A DNA stretch of 64,000 nt from Thalia democratica (lineage: Eukaryota): NCBI GenBank assembly GCA_965202585.1, contig OZ241826.1, positions 42,222,001 to 42,286,000 of the forward strand, given 5' to 3'. The position numbers and the translations under genes were made by a program. Shown in pieces: positions 24,980 to 37,600 of this stretch (its first letter is position 1; every line of letters begins with the position of its first letter). The notes under the pieces were generated by a model, which was given only the letters and a program-made list of their open reading frames with translations, searched no databases and was not told where the DNA came from.

Positions 24980-26082
24980 TTTTAGTAATAAAATAAAGTT
25001 AGCTAACAGTATGGCCAACGGGCACCCAATAAATTTACCATTCAGACCTAATTTTTTAGCATAGTTGTGTTAATGTAAGATGTTGTGAGTAAAGTAATTT
25101 CAATGATTGTATTATTTTTATAAGCAAATTTTTTTGATACACTGATCAGGTTGGCGTGGCAAAAAAGAGCAACCAATATCAATAAAATTTTACCGCTCAC
25201 GCCGTTAAAAGTTGTGTAAATCTATTTCTTATCTTAGGAAAGGTTAGCATATTAGGACAAAAATTAATAAATGTACTGAAGTTAGGAGTTTTTATTGAAA
25301 AAATTGATTTAAGTGTTTTTTGCATGAAAAAACTAGTTTGTTACTTTTAGTTTGTTTATTTTCAAGTAATAATTATACACTAAACGTTTTTCGTTTTGTT
25401 TAGTTTTGTCGATGATTGAGAGGTATTTCTGTACATCAATTTCTTTGACCATATTTACAAGAGTAGATTTCTTTACTTCGTTAAATAAACTTAACTAAAT
25501 TTTATCCAAAATGACTTAATTGATTCTAAATCACTAACTACAAATAACTTACTTTTGAAATTTTAAAGTAAACACTTGTAAAATATAAATTAAACAAGCA
25601 TAAGCAGTACTTTTGTTTTTTTTTAATGTAAAAGTTTTAAACAAGTTTAAACTAATATTAAAATTATATTTAACAAAAAAAGCTAAACGAAATAGTTAAA
25701 AATTGCTTCTAATATACAGAAAACAGTAACTCTAGTAGCATATTACTATTTAAATCTAAAAAAATTAGAAGTTTATAACCAGTAGCAATGTTTAAACTTT
25801 TTTCTTTAATTTAACAAGCAATATTAGAAATTATCAACTATGGTTTATATAGAAAATTTATAATTGTACTAAATTAACTGGAGCTGATTTTCACAAAAAG
25901 ATCACATTTTTCAAAAACTCTTTTAGTAATAAAACAAAATTAGCTACCATTATGGCCAACGAGCACCCAATAAGTTTACCATTCTGACCTAATTTTTAAG
26001 CAGAATTGTATTAATATAAGATTTTGTGAGTAAAGTAATTTCAACGCTTGTATTATTTTTGCAAGCAAATTATTTTGATAGA
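24980..26082 (+). repeat. Dispersed ~162-bp direct repeat pair (24980-25141 and 25921-26082)
   Basis: ttttagtaataaaa...tatggccaacg(g/a)gcacccaataa...gtgagtaaagtaatttcaa...ttttgata is present twice, 941 bp apart. Confidence 0.85.
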
Positions 26083-28200
26083 CGTATGCTTACTTAAAAT
26101 AGTACATTTTAAAGCAGGCACGTGGCTTGGTACGTTTCTGCAAATCTACAGAAACGTATACTTATATGCAAAAAAAACTTGCTTTTATTTCAGCTTAAAA
26201 AGACTCTGCTTTCTTAGCTTAAAATATTCATATAAACTTAGTTATGCACTCCTGAGAGATAATTTCGACATGTATGTATTTTCTAGCACTTTTAGTGTCG
26301 TAAAAATTAAACGAATTAGATACATCCAAATTGTAACATTTAGCGCGTTAAAGCTTTAGTTTGTCAAAAAAATGCATTGCAAAATTGATGCTAATGGAAG
26401 CTGTAGCTTCAAAAATCAAAATCATACAAATTTATGTTACAAAAATTTGCATAACTTGTTGTTACTATTGACTACGTTAAATGTATAATTTTTAAATGTT
26501 TTTGAGTTAAATTGTGATTTTTTTATACTTTATTTAAATGAATGTTTTCTGGGTTATATAAGTGGCATGACATAAAGAGTCATAGGGGGTGTGGAGCAAA
26601 ATAAATTGCCTTGTATACAGTTATCACTCGTACTTCAGCATTCAATTTTTGATGTGTTAACATAACTGCATAGACTCAGATTAAATTCAATAACATTAGA
26701 GGTAGTCTAAGTTGCTGTGTTCCCGCTAGGACGTTATCTGCCGTCATTTAAGATGTTTTAATTTTTGTAGATTCGTAACTTTTTTGAGCTAGCTACGTCC
26801 CTGTTTTAAAGTATCTGTGTCTTACAGTCGCTATATTTGAAGAAGAATTAAATTACGGCACCTATGCACCCAAAGTACTTTGTATGAACAAAACTTTTAA
26901 ATTTAGTAACTACAAAAATACACTATATAATTTATGTTTATACAGTTTTAACATTTTTTTTTAACTTTCAATTGCAGTTTTCAATTAAAAATGTATAGAT
27001 TTTTTTATATTAAATTAACCAAGTTAGAATCGGTTTATTTTTGCGTATTGAGTTTAAAATCAGTTAAGTAAAAAAATAATCGTATTAAAATATAGTCTAA
27101 AATCAAAAATACATAACTATTAACAAAACATAAAGTCGCCTTAATGCGTGCTTTGATTGATTAGTTAATATAAACAATATCTAAAATTAATACCTATATA
27201 TTTTTCTTTGGGATGAAAAACTAAAAAAAAAAAACTTTCGCTAACAGTCTAATTTGAAACTGTATAAGTTGCTCAACTTAAAATACGATTAATTTTTAAC
27301 AGAGCATTTATTTACCAAAGAAAAAGAGTTTTTAGAAACAGTACGAAATACTACCTTAAAGTAGTTTTTTTAACTAAGTATCTTAACAAAGTCCTAAAAA
27401 GACACTAATGCTTTAAATGGGAATTAAAAAAAAAACATAGTTTATTAAAATATCATTTGACTTAAGAGTATGTTTTGATAGTTTACAAAAAAACATTACT
27501 AAAAACTAATTAAGCATAAAGTAGTATACCTAACCAGCTATTAGGTCTTGTTTTAAACTAGACAACCTTTTTTGTTTAAATTTGGTTTGTAACATCTTTT
27601 ATTTCAACTAAAATACTGAATTGAAGATTATACTATACAATATACAACTGAAAACTTTTGAAAAAAAGTTATCCATATTTCTTTATTAAAGCAGCTGTAT
27701 TCAAATTTTCTGTGTCTAAAATGTTTAAATTTAGTTTTTGTTTTTGATGAAGTTTGGTAATTTTGTATATATAAATTAAATATCAACATTTAAGGGGTAA
27801 CTTTCTAGAAAAATAGTAATTAAAATGTTGCAGTTCAGTCCTAATATTAATGTAAAAAAAAAACAAAGCATTTTATTATTAAATTAAGCCAAGCTTTTAT
27901 ATTCTAGTATTATTTTGTAAAATTAAAACAAATGTGTTTTTTATGCTGTTTGTTAATAACTATAAACCTAACGACACATTCAAAAACAGATTTTTTGAGT
28001 TATTTACAAATGAAAAAATAAAATGCAGTAATTTTAATGATTTTTATTTGAAATAACGTACGTTAATTTTAAAAGTATAAATATAGTAAAAAACAAAGGT
28101 TCCCTTGAATAATATGTCTATTGCTTCTCACAACATGATTCAACCTTTCTCTGTTTTTTTTTTCGATCCTGCAAACCTTCATAATGGTACGCTTCTCTAC

Positions 28201-31200
28201 TCACTGCAGTTGGAACTTGTAGGTCTCCTCATCATTGCGATAATCACATTGCGCGTACGAGTAAGATTGCGCTTGAGCGTATCCGTCGTTGTAACCTTCG
28301 CTCGAATACCCGTTCATCTGAGGCTGGTACGCTTGATCGAGGGCGTTCAGATAAGCCTGCTGCTGGTTGATGTAGTTGCCGTGGTAACCGGCGCCCATCT
28401 GGGAGCACATGAAAGTGGGTGCCGACATCTGAGACATGTGATTGGCGGACACGAAGGAGGCGTTAGCTTCAGGACCGTACAAGGAAACTGCTTCGGTTGG
28501 GGGCAAAACTTGCTGGTTCCAAGGGTTGTTTGAGCCGCCTTTTTTCTGTATTTCATTTTCTTCAGCTAATTTGTCTTCTTGAGTTGTAAACGTGCCCACC
28601 TCTTTCAGACTGCTCTTTTCGACTACAGTGTTATTTGAAGCTACAACAGAAGTTTTGTCTGTGGATTCGGCCCCGCGAGAATCTGATTCTGCAGAAGAGA
28701 CCTTTGGAGTCAGGCTCAGCTTTTGATTCTCCTCTGACAACTTTCTTATTGAATCAGGAGTTTTACTTGACTGCTGGCTGTTTTGCTTGTCATCATCTGT
28801 GCATTTAGAAAGTTCTGCGCTCGGTTCTGGCTGACTGCCGGCTTTGACTTTGCTTTTTGTTTGCTCCTTTTGTTTCTGTTGCTGAGTTTGTTGTCTGCAT
28901 TTTGCCCGGCGGTTTTTAAACCAGACCTATAAAAATTAAGCTTTTTTTATATCATAAATTTTAACTTAAAAGTATGTAAAAACTAAAATCTTTCAAAACC
29001 ATAACCACAAGATAATTTTAAATTAAAGTAGCTTTTGATGATTTAGTGTTTTATTTTTATCAAAAGTTTTGAAAGATTTTTAAAAAAGGAAGTCAGTTGT
29101 AAATGTGTGAAATAAAAAAAAAATATATTTATTTAGTACCTAAATCTATGTGTAAAGTAAAGTAATTAAATAAAATTTCAAATTAATTTTAAAACTAAGT
29201 TATTTTTTAAACTTTTAATTGGTTCGTTAAAACGAAAGTTTTAAAACAATCAATAAAAAAAGGTTATTTTTAATTAGATTAAATTTGCACTCAATTTTTC
29301 CTAATTATAAAACCAATAACTTTTGAATATTTTGTTCTAATATGTTCTTAAAAGTAAAAATTAAGGTTTGTAACAACTTTTGTTACACATTTTTTAGTAA
29401 TAAACTACTTTAGATGATACTAAAACACATTTATTATAAATTAAAAAGACTCTATTAAGAAGGTCTCACTTATTTGATAAAATCAATACCTGAACGCGAG
29501 ATTCGGGAAGGTTGATCTTGATGGCGACTTCTTCTCTCATGAAGATGTCAGGATACCTCGTTTTTGCGAACAACTGCTCGAGAAGTTCCAACTGGGATCT
29601 GGTGAATGTTGTTCTCTCCCTTCGCTGTTTGCGCGATCCTGTAGTTTGACTATGTTTTAAGGTGCTAAGTTTTTTGAGTAGGATTTTCTGATTGCATTGA
29701 CAAAATTTAAAACAAAGGCTTAATAAATATAAAGAAAGTTTTCAAAAGCAAGTTTGAGAGTTCAAGTTACTGGCTCCAAAAATGTTGTCTCAGTAAATCA
29801 ATGTAAAACGAAGGTATGTGTACATTGAATAGTTAGGTAAAAAAATCAACACAAACACTAATAGTACTAGTATTTTTTGTAATTTTTACTAATACTGTAT
29901 ATTAGAACTTAAGAAGAAGAATAAAAATTCATTTTGGTAGAAAAATAAAATTGGATATTTACAAATTAGAAAAAAACCAAGACTTTTTGGAGTTTCTGTG
30001 TACAGTTAACTACTTTCTATGCATACTACTGTAGACAGATGTAACAATAACACATAGGACCTTTTAATGAATAACAATTGATAAAAGTAGTGTTACATAA
30101 AAATAAACACAACTTAAAAAAGCTAGTCAAAAAACTTTTAGTATTTGTATTAAATAAATTTAAATGTTAGTAATTTATTTTTACTAGTTCCAAAAAGCAG
30201 TACAAAAGGACTATATAAAAAATCTCTTTTTATAAACTAAGCATAGATTTGGTAACAAAATATTGAGCTAAGGTACCTGTAACTCAATGAATGCTAGATT
30301 TAAAGTTTTAAGCAAAGTATAATTTATTATTCATATTTTTAAACTAACAACGCAACAGAACTGCTTTTAAAGTACAAATTTTAGTTAAAAGGTTATATTT
30401 TGTATTATTCGAAAGTGATAAAAATTATTGGTTTTAGAAGGGGAGTATTTTTCTTCTATTAAGCACAATTTATGAACAGAACATCAAAATGTGCTAAAAC
30501 TTAACTTATTAACTTACTAAACAGTAATATTTAAAAAAGTGATCAATCAAAATTAGGAGAGAAAGTATAAGTATATATAAACAACTTTTTAATATGAAAC
30601 TTAAGTATAAATTAAAAAGAGTTACCACTAAAAAAGAAAAGAAAGACAGCAACGCTGTCTTCACAACCAAAATATGTATTTTAGAAGAACAAAAAACACT
30701 AATCAATAACAAAAACAGCAACTAAATAAAATTAAAACAAGAACAAACAAGGCAAAACAAAACATAAGTTAACTTGTACAGAAGTTGTTTTTAAGATTAG
30801 CTAAGTAAAAAGTATTCAATTTCATTTGTAACGTCATAATGTGTATTTTTTTGATTCTTAAAAAATGTTTGCTGTTTGCTTTATTATTGTTCTGATGAAT
30901 TGTGTAATGCGTAGAAACTACAGTAAACAATACGAACATTAGTTTTGTTTTGTAATACTAAATAAATAAATATATATAAATATATATGTATCTATTTAAA
31001 AACAATGTTTTAGTTAACGTAAGAAAATAACGATTTGATAAAAATTTTAATTCAGATGTACTTTGGTTTTAATATTTCTTAATCTGAATAAAAAAAAACA
31101 AAAAAAAAACGTAAAAAATAGGGTTTTAAAATGGAAATGAAAAAAACCCTTTAAAAAAAAAACAGTAAAACGAAGCTAACATAACTTTTAACACAATTAT

Positions 31201-31609
31201 TTGTATTGGTAAGCTTCTTAGAATGTGAATCTTTTAAAAATTACAGCTTTTTATCACAGCCACACAATTTTAAACACAGTATAAAATACCATATTTATAA
31301 CTTATCTGAATTTAGCAAGAAATACATTGAATTTAAAAACTACGAAATACACTTCTTATTAACAAATGTATAATTAACTTCCAACGTTTATAAAACCAAC
31401 ATACCATACATCTGCTGCGGCATGTACTGTCCGATGTTCTTCTGATGATGACCGTTCTGCATGCCTTGAATTCCTGCAATAAAAATTGATTAGCCACAAA
31501 CAGCCAACCAGTGCTTTATCGTCTTTGTTAAAAACGTTTAAAAAATAATTAAAAAACCGCTGGCAGAAACAGGCTCGATGTTGTAGGTTCCTGAAACAAT
31601 GGGTGCCAT
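28201..31609 (-). CDS. Otx: Orthodenticle/Otx homeobox transcription factor, paralogue A (331 aa; exons 31609-31558, 31473-31405, 29638-29490, 28926-28201)
   Basis: Homeodomain [46 protein letters not shown]|[13 protein letters not shown] has K50 and the PRD-class intron between Q46 and V47. C-terminal Otx-tail-like [14 protein letters not shown]. The exons sum to 996 nt in frame. The first exon has a weak GTTTTT donor and is less certain. Confidence 0.93.
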
Positions 31610-33692
31610 TGTAAAAGTTCCTGTGAACGTATGTTTTGTGCTGCCTTTTTTTGCGGCTCATGACAAAAGTGCCATCGGCCAGTAATTGCAAAGTCAAACA
31701 AGAAAGCCGCAGCGCTCAACAATGGCAGCGCGTGTTGTGAGATGTTGGTTGCGGAAGGTAATCTTTATGAGTGTACACAAGCTGCAAAGTGCGCAATCAA
31801 TTTCCACAAGTAGTTTCGTGTGTTAGGCAATTGTAGGCGCGATCATTGCTAATTTGATTAAGATGCTTTGACAAAACGCACTTTTTCAATTGCTTCTTTA
31901 TGTTCTTACAGTCTGTGTAGGTTGAACTTTTATCAAAGCATGTGAAGCTTCTGTAACGCAGTCGAACCTCAGTACTTTTAAGTTTTTGAACTTAAAGCTA
32001 GTTTTAAGGTTAAGTTTTTGTTAAAATGTATTGTAAGTTTAACTTTTTTTGGTAAAAACACTATTTTTTAGTATTTTGTGCCGTTCAAAACAAGTAAACT
32101 GTGTTGTAGAGTTCTAATTACTAGGTAAAGACGATTGTACATATTATTTTGTTGTTAAAACACACTTTGTCAACTTTTTTTTTTAAATGTAGGTTTATTG
32201 TACAAATAATCGGATTTGTATATAATAAATTCATAAAAAATATATTTTTTATTTTTATGCACAAGCTTTTTAAGATTTTTAATTATAAAAATTACGAAAA
32301 CCAAGTTGTTTTAAAATTTTGAATCTTTTTTATAAAAAAATTTGGTATTTTACTATTATGTCAAGATTATGGAAACTAAAACAGTTGTAAAAGTATTGAA
32401 AGTTTAAGCACACTAAAACGATACTGTAAATGATATACTATTTAGTTTGGTTTTATAAAAAACATATAGTTTATACTTTTTTTAACAACTAAAAAGCATT
32501 ATTTACTATAAGTAAGCTGTATAAATGCACGGACTTGTTTTGTTCTTTAAAGTATTAGAAAAAGTTATCTATGTTTAACTTTAATTGAAAAAAAACATTG
32601 ATAACACCATACATATTTAAAGAATAAAAGTCATATTATTGAGTTAAGTATAAATAATAATTAATTAAAACAGCACTCACTTTGAAAGTAACCGGCAGGA
32701 TCACCTGTAAATTGTATATGTTTTTAACAAGCAATTTAATTTATTCTTTCGATATCTTCCACATATACTTTTCTTATTTATAAAGTTTTTAAACTAGTTT
32801 TAAACCTTGTAATTTATAGCTCTTTTGTTTACCTGGAAATAAACAAAACTGTTTTTACATCATAACAGCTTATCAATAAAAGCGTTTAAATGTCGAAGGT
32901 CATTAAAAAAAATCGCACAAGAATTCAAATAAAACATTTATATAAAGTACCACTGAAATTCACTATCTCAATGCTACAAGCAAATTAAAACTAAAACTCA
33001 CTGTGATACGGGACCAGCTGGTGTGTTAACGACATGTCGGAATGGTTTAGGGGAATACCAGAATAACCGCTCATTGCTTGTTTTAAATACGACATTTTTA
33101 AAGTGCTCTGTATTATTTTTTTCGTTTAAACACATATTTTCATGCAAATCTTTATTTTGATTTTTTTTTCTGTATCTTTTTTATTGATAGTTTGAAACAG
33201 TGTTTAGGTAAACAATAGCGACTTGGGCTTCAAAAGATATTTTCTTGAATGTTTTTATTATGTATTAAACGTAAGTTAAATCAAAAAGTCTAACTTACAA
33301 TACTATTGAATTTAAATTCAATTAAGTTTTAAAAAATTAAATTAAATCTATCTTTGACATATTTTTGGAATTACTTGCAACTTGTGTTGTAAAGAAATTA
33401 AATTTCTACAAATTTTAATTTCTTTAAATAAATCCGGATAATAATACATTATACTTATAAAAAATACGTAAACTTAGCTGAGTTTTAATGATAATATTTG
33501 ATACTTTAAAATAAATACAGTTAAAATTGAACAATCTACAGTACTGAAGTATAAAACTCACTTGACAAAAGATAACTTTCTGCTTCTTTGTGCTTTTAAT
33601 AAAATTTAATAAAACCTGAAAAGTGTTATAAATAGACAAAATGTTACTTCTTTTGTTCAATAGAATTGATTATGATCAAACTAATTTCAAAC

Positions 33693-33714
33693 CACTTTCT
33701 CTGTCTGACATCAT
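33693..33714 (-). other. Possible additional upstream coding exon of Otx-A (MMSDRES+G, phase 1)
   Basis: ATGATGTCAGACAGAGAAAGTG|GTTTGA could splice in frame to the acceptor ttcacag|ga just upstream of the 31609 ATG. MMS resembles Otx N-termini. No independent support. Confidence 0.2.
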
Positions 33715-34579
33715 AACACAAAGATGTGTTGATTTACAAAGAAAAAACGAACTCAAAAATGTGGTCGTTTTGTGTTTGTTATATAAAACAAGAAGCAAAC
33801 AAGAAATTTCTTTACAACAACAACAAAGAAAAGGCCAACACTTTCTTGTAAAAACCCGCCGGAAACTAGGCACTGATGCCAAGCTGCAACTCTCAACGTC
33901 TGCATTGTCTGCATGAAGCTTTCTTGTTTTCGTTTGCGAGCGCTTTGCAGTTCAACAAAGAAAACAGCTCGTATATGTATGTATATGCATGCGTGTGCTT
34001 GCAAGAAAAATTAACTTCCTTTGTTTTCAAAGCCGCACAAGTCTCTTTGTTGGGAGAAGGAAGTGTTACTGAAACAAGATGGAAATTAATTTTGTGTTTT
34101 TGTTCCGTTTAACATACTTACAGCTATTTAGAATGTAAATTACTGAGAAGAAAAGTTTGCACAACAAAGGATTTTATAGGATAAAAGCTTTGCATACTAA
34201 AATAAAGCTTGTAAATGTTTGCTTATACTGTTAGGTTTACTGTGTAAACGTTATATTTAAAGAAAATAAGTACTAAAGAAAATAAAAATAAAAATTGTAA
34301 AAGAAAATTAAAACATAAAACAGTTTTAAAATGTTTTTGAATAAAAAAAGCAGCACTTATGATTAATGATCAATTTTGTCACTGGAAATAACATTTTAAC
34401 ACTTAAACAACTGCTAATGAAGAAAGTGTAATATTTCTGTTCCAATAGAGGAAACTTTAACAGTAACAAAGAAAGTTACCAGCTCACGCAGGAGAGCCTG
34501 TATCTACTTTGTTGTGTAGTGGAGCGTCGGGCGAAATCGATAAAAAGCCAGTTTAGTTCAAGTGGTGCGTCGGTGTGGT

Positions 34580-34618
34580 GTTGCCATGGAAACGCGTTAC
34601 TCTGCCGCATCTTAATCC
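34580..34618. promoter_or_regulatory. RFX X-box (GTTGCCATGGAAAC) with adjacent K50-homeodomain site TAATCC
   Basis: Near-consensus X-box at 34580-34593 and TAATCC at 34613-34618, inside a GC-rich island upstream of Otx-A. Confidence 0.5.
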
Positions 34619-37600
34619 CCTTGAACGACCCAACGTGCCGAAAATGGGGGAGAGCAAAGAAGAAACAGGCTGCGCCGAACAGTTTCAGAGGCTTTTTGAA
34701 GAAAATTGTCCCAAATTGTCCCTTAACTGTGTGTACCGAAGTATCGTAACATCTGCTGTTAAAAGTGGTTTTACATGCATTTTTAAAGCAAAAAGATTTT
34801 ACGAGATTAAGTAACTGAAACTTAAAAGGACTAAATTACTTCTTAAACTGTAAAATGAAACATAGTTTTTAAAGTAAACTAGTTGTTGTTTTTTAAGGGA
34901 GAATAAATTGGACAGTTTACAGTCGTTGACTAACCTTTGCTTTTCTGTATTTTCAAAAACACAGAAAACCATTTTAAGATAATAAATGACTCATTGCAAT
35001 AAACACGTTCTTATAATTAATTATTAAAACTCTAATATAAATAAATATAAATGATAGTAAATAACTTATAATAATTTTTGTATTTTAAATTAAAAAAATT
35101 ACACATCATTTATGATTTTAAGCAACAGCTTTACACATTTTAAAAAATGTGTAGTTGCTTAAAAACGACTTTGTTTCCACTTAAAAAATCCCAAAAAAAA
35201 ACGTTAAATGGGTTTATCCAAACATTAAGCTGCCTGTACTGTGCAGCCTTCGTTTTGTATTATTTTTACAGCAAATAATACGAAAATTAAAATATAAATT
35301 TACACAACAACTCGCAAAGTTACAAAACCTCCCTCCCTCTCTATCTCTCTCTGTGCACTGAGGTGCACGCGTTTGTTTTGAAAATTAATTAGCAAGTTCC
35401 GGAATGGAGGCCCAATGCAGTGCGGCCTTTTAACTGACTTTTAACTAGCGTTAATAGCGAATTTGTTATGTTTCGAACTTGTAAAAATAACCAATGCCGC
35501 TCAACACAAGTCTGTCCCGCGGGCTGTGTCGATTCTTCAGTTCAACGCGAAAGCTTTTTAATTTGCAAGTCTGCAGCCGCTGCTCCAGTTGCAAATCAAC
35601 GCAAATTGAATTTGGAAGCTCTTTATGTTGGATGTTGCTCGGAGACAAACAGAATTGATTTTTAAATTCCAATCAGACACAGCACAATTTCGTTTTTCGC
35701 ACGAGAGTTATTAATTTGATTTTGAGCTCGAACGTTGTGGTAATGAACTTTTAACATGCCAGCTTATCAATAAAAACTAGAATGTGAGTTTAAATAACCA
35801 AGTTGATAATACTTATATTAAATGAAATACTAAATAAAATTATACACTAATCAAATGCATAAAAACATAATTTTCATAATTAACTTTTTAAGAAAAGACT
35901 TTGGTTAAAAACTGAAAAACATGTTTTCAAAAACTACCTTATAAATATTTATAAAAAAACGAAAAACAAGGAAACATTCTATGTTTGTACTGTAAATAAT
36001 CATAATAAATTAACACAAACAAATGTGCGTACACTTTCTTGAATTAGTCATGCAAATTTAGCAAGGTGCAAAAAAAACGTGGCTCGAAAACCGAGCTTTG
36101 CCAGACGCTTTTCACAAAATCAAATTACACGGCAATTAGAAAAAACCGTAAATTAAAGCAACCTTTGCGTATTACAAAACTTGTTGTAAACTGAAATTGC
36201 AAAGTTGATACAAAAAAGACAAGCATTCAAAAGTTCACGGCTCTGTAATTAAAAATTCAACAGCTGTTACGTGAATTTTCCAAGTTTCGTAACGCTGCAA
36301 AAACTGTTTAAAATATCAACTTTTATTTTTCGCTTTGAAATTTAGCACAATGCCAGCAAAGATAACGTGCGTAGATATCAAATGTTCAGCGTCGGATAGA
36401 AGTAAGTTTTCATAGATGTGACGACGCGGGCCGCAGCTACTCTGGAGACAACTTTGACAAGTTAATAGTCTTGCTGGGTGCAACTTAAATTGGTTTCGCT
36501 TTGACTTGTTCAAAGAAAACGATAAAGTAACTTGTATGAGACAAGCTGAGGACTTTGAAGCAATTGCGGCATAAAATTGTTATCTGCATCAAACAAATTT
36601 ATGGGAATATAGTAAACATCTATAAGTTGTGATTGCTATCAGAAAGTGAGCTCGTGACAGGTTTTCTGTTTGTGACATCATCCCTAAATACGAAGAAAAA
36701 GCTATAAAAAACCACTATTTTACTACAAGCTTATGTTTTTTTTCTATAAATTGAAGATTTTTAAGTTTATATTAGTCTTTTTGTGACTTTTAAACGCAGT
36801 TATATATGCTTTTTTATTATTTTCTAACACTTTAATAATGTATTTTATATTCAAAAACATTTAACTTAACAACTTATCAATAAACTTTATTTTTCTTCAC
36901 ACACAACTCAATTCAATAACTTACCTTAATCAACTGTTGCTTAATATGAAATTGCGTGACTGAAAAGGAAAACTCAACTCTTCCTAGGAATTACAAAACA
37001 AGTTACACTTTTAATTTTTTCAGTTGAAACTTTACGTAATTAAATTCTCTCGCGACAACACTTCAACAAGTCAAATTAAAATAGCTATGACGTCAAAACA
37101 GCATCACAAAAATGTTTCAATTGATACCTGCCCACGACGCTGGCCTTGAATTAATTTGTGGCATCACCCACCAAAGTGGCTTCCGAAACTACATCATCCG
37201 GACCACACAGGCGACCGTGGCGCCTCTCAACGACGCTTTCAAAGCGCACGAGATCGTATTAGCCGCTCGTAATCTAATGAGCTGTCTGCTGCAAGCTGTA
37301 TTTTGTTTCAATTACATGCTCGCTGGTAGAAAAAATCACTGCGCGGAAAAAAATGAGCATTTTTTCGAAATAGCCTGCTATTTTATCAATCAAACATACA
37401 AACGGTGAAAGTACGGCGCGCGCGTTTAACAACAGTGACAACTTTTTTATTTTCGCTCAAAAGTGCTTTACGGGCGCCTTTTTTGACAGCCAGGCCGTCT
37501 GCAGATCTCGAGCTTTTCGTTCAGCACATGGACGCCTTCGTTGGCTCTGCAGGCTGCAAATAAACAAACTGCTTCACAGGCTCTCTTTGGTGGGTTCAGA

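Noticed and set aside
26560-26900. Moderately GC-rich patch downstream of Otx-A
   Set aside because: No ORF, terminal repeats or RNA structure I can support. Possibly a repeat remnant.
28105-28556. ORFs 28105-28533 (+) and 28347-28556 (-)
   Set aside because: Antisense or off-frame shadows of the last Otx-A exon.
31374-31697. 107-aa minus-strand ORF as an independent gene
   Set aside because: It overlaps the first two Otx-A exons in a different frame. The spliced Otx frame explains the region better.
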